Made by a program: the position numbers and the translations under genes. From Antedon mediterranea (Eukaryota > Animalia > Echinodermata), in contig NC_092670.1 in assembly GCF_964355755.1 (NCBI RefSeq), forward strand, positions 23,670,795 through 23,734,794: a DNA stretch of 64,000 nt, read 5' to 3'. Within the stretch, counting starts at the first letter, position 1; each line of letters starts with the position of its first letter. The notes beneath the pieces are model-generated. The model saw only the letters and a list, made by a program, of their open reading frames with translations, did no database searches and was not told the DNA's origin. Positions 27,701-39,740 of this stretch are shown here, piece after piece.

Positions 27701-27960
27701 TTGCGGTAACTTGCGCCCGTCAATTATGATATAGTATCCAGTTATGTCAAAAATAAAAAGGTAGAATTTCTCAACTATAGTTAGGCCTAGGGATTTTTTA
27801 AAGAAAATGCCAAAAATTACGACTTTTTAAAGCATGTTGTGGTAAACATACTCAAAACACATTATTGATTCTATGATATAATAACCAATTATGTTAAAAA
27901 ATGAAAGTGTCAAAATTTGACCATTTTTCGAAAATGTTCCTGCAGGCTACTATTAGTACA
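24780..27960. repeat. Complex satellite of alternating palindromic units (about 18 TGCGCA-hairpin units)
   Basis: Unit A: GGTTACTATAGCATAATTGACATGCGCAGA-(N~15)-TCTGCGCATGTTTATTATGCCATAGTTACC. Unit B: TCCCTGTACTATAGTACAGGGA with TTTTCGAAAA flanks. Period is roughly 150-200 bp. Confidence 0.9.
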
Positions 27961-29848
27961 GTGATTTTTTTACACAAGGGATAAACTGATTATATTACAC
28001 CATGTGATCATAAAGCAACATACGTGCACACATTACCAATGTTAGTACAGTACATAATAATTTAATTAATTTTTTTTCTCGAAAAAAAGGTGAATTCCAA
28101 TTGATCATATTACCAAAGAACTTATAACACATGAATCGTCCGAAGCGCGTAACAATTTCGAAAGGCATTGTGGGATAGAATAGAGCTAATGGGTTGCGCC
28201 ATTTTGAGCCATAGAGAAGCGCGCCCGCATCAAATTATAAAGTCAAAATCATAGAGGGGATCTGCTAATACTAAAGGGGGGATAGGGTAATTGACTGAGC
28301 CCTCTATAGGAATTAATAGTTTTGACTTCCTAGTTTGGAGGAAGTCCATGCTGTGAAATGGCGTCGCCCAGTTTGACCTTTTAACCCTTTACTTCCGATA
28401 CTGTGTTTTGAATGCAAATTGAAGAACAGGAGATTTTTGTGTTATAAGTTCTTTGATATTACCTATAATAAATAAGAAGTAAAGGAAATAAATACGAAAT
28501 ATATGAAAAACTATAACTCTCTATCGATCTAATAATAACACACGTGGATTGCACACAAGGAGGACGGGATACTTCCCATATTACTAAAGAACTCGTAAGT
28601 TTACCCAAAGAATATATATCACAAGAATGAGTATTCCGCGATTTTTGCATGAGAAATTTGTAACAGAGAGCTCCAGAGAGAGGGCGGATGTATACATACT
28701 AAATAAGACTTGATTTAATAGAATTATGATAATATATTTTGCAATTGTAAACTATTTTATAATACATATTTATTAACAAACTAGTGTACATTCACTTTTA
28801 CAGACAATTATTTACTAACATGCTAAATTAGTTCACAAAAAAGGCCTAACACAGCAACACCAACATCAACGAATCGTTACTCAGAACGGCCTATTCTTTA
28901 CCATTGCCGCGTACTACGCTACGCCGGAAAATTAAGTTATTGTTTTTATGATATAAATTAGTATAAAATACATTTTATTAATAGGATAAAATGTTAAATG
29001 TCATTAACCTTTATTTGTTTTACCAGAAACAAGTTAAATATAGGAATATTATTAAACTATCCTTCGTGAAAACGCGTAAACACCAACACGCCCGGCCCGG
29101 TCAGTTCGGTTGATAAAGCGAACTGTTTATACGGCAGTTTTTACTAAATAAATTGCATAAAACGAACAATTAAATATCCAAATAGCATTTAACATGATGT
29201 TGGCATGTAGTTGATAAAATTTTGTTATCATGAAAATACTACCGGTGGTCCAGCCTTTGATTAGTGAAACCGTCACAAAAAGTTGTATAGATCCCAGATA
29301 CATCCTCACTTATGGCGGCGCCCTACCACATGGACAATCGCGGATTACGGTACTCATTCTTGTGATATATATTCTTTGATTTACCCGAAGATTACGGGGC
29401 GCCGTTCGGGACATCACATCCCGTAGAAAACAAGGTGTTTCCTAGCCATCAAAATTAGCCATAATCTATACCTCTTACGATTTGAACTACAAAGCCTTCT
29501 CTTGGCTAAATTTAGTTAATTGAACGTAGAGTTAACAAGTTAATGTATATATGCCTAATAGTTGTAAATTAAAACAGTAATATCTACTTTTATAACATTT
29601 TACATCAAATAAATCTAAATAATATAATTATGTTGAAAAGAAATTTCGATATTGAATACAAACCATGTGAAAAGGACTACATTATACCATACGTTATTCA
29701 TACATCTATATTCTGGCGTAGGTCTACAATAGGCATACGTGTAAAATCACCGCTGATTTACTCCTTGTACATTGCCAACTAACACAGGCCTGACTAAAAC
29801 CTAGAATTACGTCATCATTAAGATTAAACTGACCTTATTTGCGAAAAT

Positions 29849-32800
29849 CTACACAGATGTTATTTTGAATATAGATTCAAACGATTTATTAAAACTACTT
29901 AAAACAACTGGTTCACTTTTGGATCGTCTGGGTGGCCGTAAATGCTGTTGTCCTCTGTTGGTATCTTGCATTGATGAAATCGCCAGTTTATCCATAGACA
30001 TAGATGGCTTTTGTAGATTTTGAACTGTATCTAGGTCATGTGATACGTACGTCACATCTTGATTGGTCATCGTTGAAGACATTCGACGTAACGTATCCTT
30101 AAACCTACATACGTCACCGTTTATTGAGATTCGCCTGAAAGTACGCGCTCCGAGCCAATCAGATTTAGTTGGTTTACCTACGCTTGTAAAATATAAATGA
30201 ACAACGACGAATCCGGAGATTTCTGATAGAGTTAGGCCTACGCCTACAAGGTAGAAGGACCAACCCCAATTGTAGACGAACAAGGGCTCTTCCGAATCAA
30301 AAGCAGATTGTACTAATGTCGCATCGCCGAGTTCATCATTCACACCAGAGATGTAGAGTAGTAATCCAAACATACTTAAAAGACCTAATAATAGGGGAAA
30401 AAAGAAAAGACCACACTAATTTATTTAAATATACAGTATTATATTAAAAGATGTAATAACGCTATGCAACTTTTCGTTAACTGATTACTGTCATTAAGAA
30501 ATTAGTACGCAATGCATGATGGTATAAATTAGGATGTGAACGTGTACATATTGTTGACTATTGATGCAAATGGGATCAGTGTAAGATGCACTTGTAAATA
30601 AAGTACGAAGAAATTTAACTTATTGCCGTTACTTAATTCATCATTCGCAATCTAAAATTATAATTAGATTTGTACCATACTGTATTTTTTAAAAAACGTC
30701 TCCAATTTCTTTATTTTGCATTATCGTATACTTTGAAGACGACTGGCGATTATTAAGAGCCATTGTCTGTAAGAATCAAAGAAATATCAAAAAGAGTGGC
30801 AGACTAAAAAAAATGGATTTCTTTCAAATTTTGCACATGGCTATATATGTGTTGAGAGAAATCAAATATGAAGTATTTTTTATTTCACACGTATATTTCC
30901 ATGGCAACGGCCAAATTTGTGTTTTTGACAAATTTTGTCCTTTTTTAAGGTTTTTTAAAATGGATATTGGTACTACTTTGATGAACGATATTTTTGTTTT
31001 GTTCATTTAATTATAAAAAATAATTAGTGTATGCATAATAACAATGCATTGTGTACCTGTTTCATATTTTTTTATTTTTTTTTTATTTCATACTTTGGGA
31101 GATACCATTTATTTAAAAAGGGGTGTTTTTCACTTTTTTTAAATTGTTCAATGCAACTAAACTTTACTTCACCATAACGCCCAAAGTGGTGTATTTTTTT
31201 AGCTGATTTATTACAAATAGGTAATTCTAATGTTTAATAATTGATTTCTAAAATAAAATACTGGGGTAATTTTAAAATCTACAAGCAGTGTTGCGAGAAA
31301 CATAGGCCTTTTTATAAAAAAAAAACATGGTATTTTAGTAGAAACATTTTATTTTCTTTGATTATTTGATTTGAAACTCATTGGTCAGAAAAATTCTTAA
31401 TGTTTTATATAGTTCTAGTTGTGTTGTGAGAAAAAATTTTTTTTATTATTATAGATTCTGTAATTCCCAGTTTTAATGTCATTTTATAGGTTATATCCTC
31501 TGGAAATTTGAATAAATTATCAGATCGTTGTGAATTTTAATCTTTGCAACAGATTACTCCTATCTTATTTTGAAGCTCCTCTTTCATTTGATTACTTCTT
31601 TTATTTGTTAACCTAAGCAGATCCCAAATGCCCATCCACCACCAATTTCGACTACCAACCCCCCCCCCCCCCCCCCGCCAATAACCACAAAAAGATAAAC
31701 TGCAACACTTTGTTCGATCATCCTCTATAGAGTGTCAAATGCATGCATTCAAGCACCACCCACGCTGCCGCTACCATCGCCCCAATGAATAGACGAATTC
31801 AAACTCCTCCATCCCACCCCTCCCCCTTTCTCCAAGCCCCCACCCACCCCAAGTTAAAAATTGCAATGCAAAAGATAGGACATAAAGTTAAGTTTTTAGA
31901 CCCTCGCCTTCAACCCCCTAACTATTTCAAAGTCCTGGATCCACCACTTTCCCCTCTCCAAAATAGAACCAATCAAAAGAGTCAATGATATACTCAGGTA
32001 TGTTAATGCTACATAACAAATATTGAAGCCCTGATGTGAAATTTCATTTCATTTAAGGTCAGCATGTAAAATATCACACTTTATTATTAAATACTGGTTT
32101 TAAATTCTATATTTTTTTTACTGTGATGGTTGGATTCATTAATTAATTATTAATTAATAATTATCTGATAATTATTTAATTTCATTTAGTTATGCATAGC
32201 AACAGTTACTATGGTAACTAAAATTGAGATATTCTTTAGATTTTGCATATTTATCTTATACATTAATTTAAATTTGTAGATTATTAGCAGGCATGCCTTA
32301 TTTGCATTTTCAAATTACCGTTTCACAAGGTCATATTCGTAAGCACTTTCTTCTGTGATTATTTTTATTCATGAAAACCCCGTATTTTATTTACAGCGGG
32401 CACCTCCCGTAAGCCGCACTTTGTAAAGCCTGTTTGTTCTCCCTATCTAATTAGTGCATTTGGTGCTTACCGTAAGCAGCTGCGGGCACCTTTTTATACT
32501 AAAAATGAGATTGTTTGTAAGCGGCCAATCGAAAAATGTGATAATTATTGCATGGACCTATGAATTAGAGGTGCATGTTTATTGTATTTCTTTATATATT
32601 AGCTTTATTTTGAAGAGGTTTTAAAAACATTACTGTGAAGAGATGAGAAAACTACACAGATTTTGACCGACCATTTTTCATATGATAAAAGTTTTAAAAT
32701 TTGTCTCAAAAAGCTAAAAAATACTAAACCACCTGATTATAAATAATAATAGGCCTACAATTAGCTGGAAAACTGAGAGGCTCGTTTCGTTAAGAATATC

Positions 32801-35800
32801 GTATATAGCCATAATACGTGATTTTGGCCCTTTATTATTAAGGGGTCACCACCCGGCCACTTTTCCAGGTCCCGAGGGTGGCCACTTTCGGGAGGTTCAA
32901 CTTAATTTTTTTTTAAATATCCTTAGTTACGTAAACAGGTTTAAGATAACACTAAAGGTCAATTGTTTACCTTTATTCAGATTTGTCAAGATTTCTTTCT
33001 GAGATTATTAGGATTCAGTATTTAAAGTAAATTTGGCAAAAAGTAGAAATGTAAAACTATGTAGAAAAAATGTTTTGTATTTATGAAAAACCCCTTATTT
33101 TTTTGAAATTTTCGCATAGAAACAGTTACTATGGTAAAATGTTGACCTCATTTGACCTCAAAATGAATGAATTTACAAGATCAAGTTTGTCATCACTTTA
33201 AGATTAATAGAATGCAGTAGAAGTAAAATTGAGAAAAATTACAAATGCAATCAATTCTTTGTATTTATAAAAACGCCATTTTTTACGTTTTTTTTTAAAT
33301 TACTTTCCTTAGTTACACATAGAAATGGTTGCTAAGGTAACACTGTAGGTAAAAAATTAAAATTGTTAAGAATTTTTATGAACCATCTTGTAAATTTTGA
33401 TCAAACATTAATAGTTGTAGTAAAGTGGGGACCTGTCCTGTTTTGCATTCTGACCCCTTTTGACCTCAAATGACCTATTTACAAGGTCAGATTTTTTTGG
33501 GGGGTCTTTCTGTATCTCTTTACACAAAATAGATTTAAACATTTATAAAAACCATTGACGGAATTATTTCAAAGTTTAACATTATTTTCCATCAACTAAA
33601 TATTTCAATGCAAAATACTGTTTTTCTGGCAATTAATTGAAATAAACCTGGCAACACATTCTCCTATTTTATCTAAACTATTCGTATGACTCTAGTAGCA
33701 TTATGACAAGCCACATATACATTTTATTATTGGATTAGCCATATTTAAATTGTGTTTCATGTGTTTTTTGTTGATATTTTGTTTGTATTTTTTTGTATTT
33801 TTAGTATTTTCCTGGCAACACAAAACCTATGTACGAAATTTACCCCAGTGTTTTTTTCGTGATTATTGTTGACAAACCTATTGACTATCAAATTAAAAAA
33901 CCTCATTTATTTAAAAACACCACTTTGGAAGTTATAGGTACGTTTATGAGGTATACTTTTATAAAAAAAATATTTTTTAAAAACACCCCTTTTTAAAATA
34001 ATGGTATCAACCAAACTCCATTTTGTAATTTTTTTTTTTTTACATTAAATGGAACTCAATACATGTTGTTTACACTGCTATAAACAAAAACTGTATAGTG
34101 TAAGTATTTTTGGTTAAAATAAGTATACAAGTTTGTACTTTTTCACTATAGAAAATCTGTGAAAAATGGCAAAACATCAAAATTTGGATAATTGACCGTT
34201 GTCATGGCAACGGAAGCTAAAAATTAAAATGAATGTTGTAGATATGCTTTTTATTGAAATGTCTATTCATGGTAAAAATTTGAGAGAAATCCATTTTTTT
34301 ACATCTGCCACCAAATCTTTGATTTTTACAGACAATGGCTCTTAAGCTCTGTCTACACATGAAACTTTATGTGACAAAAAAATGTGATGTGCCCATATAT
34401 AGACAGGATGATGTCATATCACTACCATATTTGGGCACATCACTACCACATTTGGGCACATCACACTTTTTTGTCAAACTGGTTTGATGGAGCTTTAGAC
34501 TGCAGAAATTCACTTTTGAACGGCAATAATTGGAAAAGACATAAATTATTCCAAATTCCGAGATAGGCATACACAATGCAAAAACTGTTACAAATAACCA
34601 TAAACTGTACACTGTATTAATTGTATATTATATATTGCATTACCTATCACGAACTTGTGGAAGAACACCTTTATTTTATAGTGAACGAGTTTTATATTTT
34701 GTACTTTTGTATTTTATAATTTCGTGAATAAATAAAGATTTTTGATTGATCTTGTATATGTAAATGTATAAAAGCTAACCTGCAGTAACAAATATAAATC
34801 CTGATATAAAAATATAATGATCCTCTTTCCTTCTCAAAAGTATCCAAGCGAAAAACAAAACCGCAACAATATCCGTAACCATAGCGACGATATGAAAGAA
34901 ACTTAACCAATATATATATTCTAGAAGAATAAAAAAAAAAAAAAGGTTTAGCCTAATATGAAGAAAACTACGATTATTATTAATCATGCTCTTATTAAAC
35001 TAAAACGAAATATTTTTGGATTTAATTTAATTTAAAGACATTTGGATCTTCATTCACTAAAACAATCACCTAGTTAGTAAGTAGGTAAGTAAGCCTATCA
35101 TACATATTATTGTATTATTGTTGTGTTACATATTGACAACTATAATCATTGTTAAATTAATATACATGGATAGTTTGTGGCAACCTAATTGTCTTCGAAA
35201 AGGTTCTATGAAATACAAACATCTCTCAGAGGCACACAACAGAATGGCGTATGATATTTCAATACATTCTGGGATTTCAGAGCCTTTAGGGCTTACAAAT
35301 ATACGGAGTGGTAAAGTATGTTTATTATATTTTACATTATGATGACAAAGCTGAATTTTTTGTTGTCATTAAACTATCGGATATGTTTGTTGAGAAATAT
35401 AATTTAAATGTGTGTATGTGTTTATCACTATTAGCAGTTAACAGTTATGTTTATATGTGCCATATACGTAATAGATAGGTATGGAACGCCACTTGAAAAT
35501 CAATTCAAATTGATAAGTATGAAACGCCACATAAAAATCAGTTCAATTTACAGATACATCATACATAGAGATGCATAAGGCCTATGTATCAATGATTATT
35601 GTTTCATGCAGTAACTTATTAAGCCTACTAATGATGTTAATTAGCGATTGATTTTAATATTGTTAGTTATTTTTAACTTCTAGGCCCACGGGGTGAATGA
35701 TAATATTGTTAGTTACGGTACGGATTGTATTTAAAGCCATTATGTGCGAGTGCGTCTATTAGTGTCCTAATAACTACAGCAATCGCAATTAATTTCTAAC

Positions 35801-37523
35801 GAACTGACCTAATTTTAACAATAAAGTACACGCCTGTTAGCGTGTTAACGACATTTAAGATTCAAAGGTCAAATTAATTTTACATACTAACAATAATAAA
35901 CATTATGTTCTTAAATCAAATGCATGATAAATAATATTGTCATGTTTGTTAGTGGGACCTTTGTGAATAGTAAACATAGATTCGGAAACAATTATGAAAA
36001 TAAATTGTACGATTGCTTGCTTATAGTTCTATTTTCGATTGATTATGTGAGTGTAGTTAGTGACATACTTATCCACCCGGTGGCCGGGGCTGCAAAGGTT
36101 CCGCGTACTTTGTAATCAATGAGAGATGAAAACGAGGTTAGTCTTCGGCAGATTCCTTTGTCTGTGCCTGAAATAATATAACATCATAATCAAATAATCA
36201 TCATTATTATAATCAGTTACGTGTGTTATGTTTGTTTTGATACCACATGATATTACAGAAACATGGAGTAGACCTTTAAAGTCCTAAAAAAGTGGTTGTT
36301 ATTGTAAATTATGGTTTGCAGTATATGTAGGCATATTATGTAAATGTGTAGGCCCACACACATTAACATTCTTTGGAGTTTGCAGTTTCAGCTTCTGAAC
36401 TGTTAAAGATGTATTGTCCCTCAAAATTAAGATTAAATCAGACTTTGAATAGGGTATTTTGTAGATTTAATAAAGTTAATCACTTCCGTAGAAAAACATA
36501 ATGTTTTTACTGATAAAATGACAAAATAAATGGTTAAATTTATCCAAAAATCCATTGGCTGGCAGCCAATTTGACTATATTTTTTTTTCGGATAAATAAT
36601 TTTTTTTTGCATCTAATTTTTGGTCAAAGTGTATAAGTATTATGTGACATTAAAATGGCATATTCAACAGCAAAAATGTTAATAATTATTTTTTCAATAC
36701 ATCTTTAAAAATCTTCCCAATTATATTCGAGAGTCACCTGCAATCAAAAAACACCTTATTAGTTCTTTATCATTTAATATGTTACTTTTTCCAATCTCAT
36801 TTATGCTTTGGAACAATCTGCGATACTTTACTATATTAAGTATACATACTGATAGCAATGTTGATTATATTTCAAATTTCAAGTATTTTATTTGTTGTAT
36901 TAATATATTATTTATATATTACCTTGAATTTCAATAAACTTAATAATGCGTAAATCCAGTGTGAAAAAAATAAAGATAAAACGAGAATCCATCAAGAAAC
37001 TATCATTAATGTAATAATAATACAGATTCGAAACAAATAAAGTATGATTGATATTTTAATGAAAGGAATTTAAGTGTACATCAGCACACTATTCAAAATG
37101 TAATGAGATATTTACGACCTAGTTAAGACCTTGTCAAAATATAATATTTGATAAAGATCTTATGAAACCGAGTATGGAGCGCAAATGTTATAATCCGGGA
37201 ATGAAAAAAACATTTGATCCAAAAATCGATAAATAAATCTTTAAAAATGCTGATATGAGGGACACCTAAAATGGAAGAAAAAATCTATTATGTTCATCAT
37301 AATATCTAGACAATCTAGTTTGACTGGGTTTGAATGTATGTTCAAATAAAAATGCATTCCTTTGTATGCTCAAGACAGATTAATAAATACACTGTAACTC
37401 GAATCTATTGTTTTGGATAAATTTTGGAGTAAAACCTGTGTCTGTGATTTACAATATAATTTGTATTCATTATTTAGTCATTACTGTATATAAGTTAAGT
37501 AAAATATACAACATATTTGATAT

Positions 37524-37609
<86 letters not shown>

Positions 37610-38553
37610 TCAAACAATATGTCACTAATAATTGTCCTATCGGCGTTTCATAGAAGATTAACTTTGTCTTTGATTTTAATATGCGCTGAGTCGTGCTTAG
37701 AACTATCACGATCGCCCTACATTATCGTCCGAATGAGGATAGACCTGGCCACACGTTTTATCATATCATGTTTTGACATCAATTCCTACGTCTGCTTCTG
37801 TACAAGATATATACATTTTACTTAGACATATTCAAAAGTAACATTCAAAACACGTACATTGCTTACGAAAGAATTTAGGTTTAATTGCTAGATTTTTTCC
37901 AGTATTACAATACGTTAAACTTATAAACACGTGTTTTATACTCATCATCACGAATTAAAAAAAAATCCTATTGAAGCGTTCGAGTATATATATATATATA
38001 TATATTTTAAACTGATCAGATTTTTGGCCTCGATACAAAAACATCATTCATGCGGTACGGTACATTCTTATAACCAAATAGGTTCATCAATGAACGTCGC
38101 AAAAGACCTAGAACCATCAATTTAAAAATGTGTCTAATAATTCAGTTCAGATGATGTTGATAATAATGAAAACGCTGTTTAACTTTCATCATAATTATCT
38201 CCATCATTGTTGTAATGATAATGTTGGACCATAGAGTAATAACACTATCATGATCATTGCGATAATGGCTGTCAGAGAATTTACATCAAACATGAAAAAA
38301 ACAAAATCTTACCGTTAACAATGCATGTTCTCCACAATCCAGACGACATAAGTACACGGTATGTCTTTGGTTCGTTATCAGTCCCATCCTGGGCGTAACT
38401 TTCCGAAGCAGTACTATTGATTAACAGGTCATCCATATAATTCAACCAATTATTTGTAGTAACCGCTATCGCCAAGAAACCAATGGATGTAGCGGCAAAA
38501 ATAGCAACCAAGAATATCGTCTGCTTGGGTTGGCGACGCACGGACCGCACCAT
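29849..38553 (-). CDS. CACNG: TARP / voltage-gated calcium channel gamma subunit-like (stargazin, PMP22/claudin superfamily), 4 coding exons, about 338 aa
   Basis: Exons 38553-38313, 36167-36069, 34920-34780 and 30384-29849 have GT-AG boundaries and sum to 1017 nt in frame. Motifs: AIAVTTNNWL, SGLWRTC, GICRR, YNWGWSFYL..LSEISG, four hydrophobic segments, C-terminal class I PDZ ligand KITSV. Confidence 0.88.
30757..34341. mobile_element. Non-autonomous Kolobok-like DNA transposon (3.6 kb) in CACNG intron 3
   Basis: TTAA on both sides. TIR GAGCCATTGTCTGTAAGAATCAAAGA / TCTTTGATTTTTACAGACAATGGCTC, with further imperfect inverted blocks over about 450 bp (e.g. 31100-31130 vs 33975-34008). No transposase ORF. 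TTAA plus RR..YY termini fit Kolobok. Confidence 0.8.
34345..34494. mobile_element. Short Harbinger-like MITE, copy 2
   Basis: TTA|AGCTCTGTCTACAC ... GGAGCT|TTA; internal CACTACCA(T/C)ATTTGGGCACAT tandem duplication. Confidence 0.7.
36407..36704. mobile_element. TTAA-flanked MITE (Kolobok-like), copy 2
   Basis: TTAA|AGATGTATTG ... CAATACATCT|TTAA; shares GACAAAATAAATGGTTAAATTTA and GCTGGCAGCCAATTTG with copy 1 (inverted). Confidence 0.8.
37526..37602. repeat. (TA)n microsatellite
   Basis: Pure TA run of about 38 units. Confidence 0.97.
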
Positions 38554-38672
38554 GACGACAGTTCACTTCAGATTCAGTCAGTTTAAATTCAATTTCACCA
38601 CTTCACGTTTATTAGAAAAATTTAACGATGGACATGCGCAAAGAGTAACACAATCATCATCTTTAGTCGAAA

Positions 38673-39740
38673 CCTGAACACTCGCTTCCTAAAATAATCC
38701 AAAATCAATAGAACATTCAACTGTTGAAAATGCAATTTTTTCTGCCTTAATTTTACAATTCAAATTTTTTTCTTAACGGATGTTGGAAAATGAATATGTC
38801 AGTAGAATGGATAGCGAAATGAATACTCAGCAATGAATGAGGAATACAGATACATTTAATAGCGATTAAAATATACTTAGGTATTGTCGATTCCAAAAGT
38901 AATTTGATACAGAGATTACATAAATCGTGAAAAACAGCAATACAATAGTACTGTACTAATACTTTCGTATAACTGTGGGCCGCCACAATTGAAATATTTC
39001 TTGAAATATAAATTTTAAAAACAAATAATAATTTTGGGCAATAAAAATGTATATAGGATTGAAATAATCTAAATGGGTTTATATAAGCAAGTGATATAGA
39101 GATACATACTAATCTACTGTATGCTATGTTAATAATTGTGTTATATCGGGTCGTCGTCGCAGCTTAATAAATATTATCGGGTTTATAAAGAGATATATTA
39201 CCTCCCGAAACTAAGTTTCGATATGCGATGATCTAGGACTTAGGACGTAGGCTATACGCATAATTATGTCGGTGATCGTCTGTGCTTGGAGGCAAAGCAT
39301 CCGTCGAAACTGTGTCGAGGAATCGACTAAGGCCCCACTGCCCCATAAGAAAGAAATGAATTAACATGCGTAAAAAGTTCCCAAGGTATCGTAGAAAATC
39401 TCTATACATTAATTGAGCAAGGCAGAGAGAGGCTGTTGCTTGTGATAAACTAACCATTGGATGTGATGATGTGTTGTATTCATTGAAAATAGTAGTAATC
39501 AATGCTTAATGTTATTTAAGATGTTATCTATGACTATGCCTATAATTTCGAAGCAACTGTAGCAGTAAAAATTAAACAAATAATATTACAAGAAAAAAGC
39601 AATTCATTCGTATGTACATTTATATCGTATTTTTATGATTTATTAATGTCGATTTACTTGAACCAAAACATAACATGAATAACATGTTTTGTTAATGTTC
39701 AGAAGTGCTAAGCATTGTCACAAAATAAAATCAACTTACC
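38673..39740 (-). other. Probable 5'-UTR intron of the CACNG-like gene
   Basis: Strong donor AAG|GTAAGT (exon ends at 39740) and acceptor TGTTCAG|G (exon starts at 38673), 120 nt upstream of the ATG. No transcript evidence. Confidence 0.35.

Noticed and set aside
24780-27960. CRISPR-like appearance (palindromic repeats with variable intervening sequence)
   Set aside because: The context is eukaryotic, there are no cas genes, and the intervening sequences are themselves repeated rather than unique spacers.
37408-37825. ORFs with IYIYIY runs
   Set aside because: They are translations of the (TA)n microsatellite.
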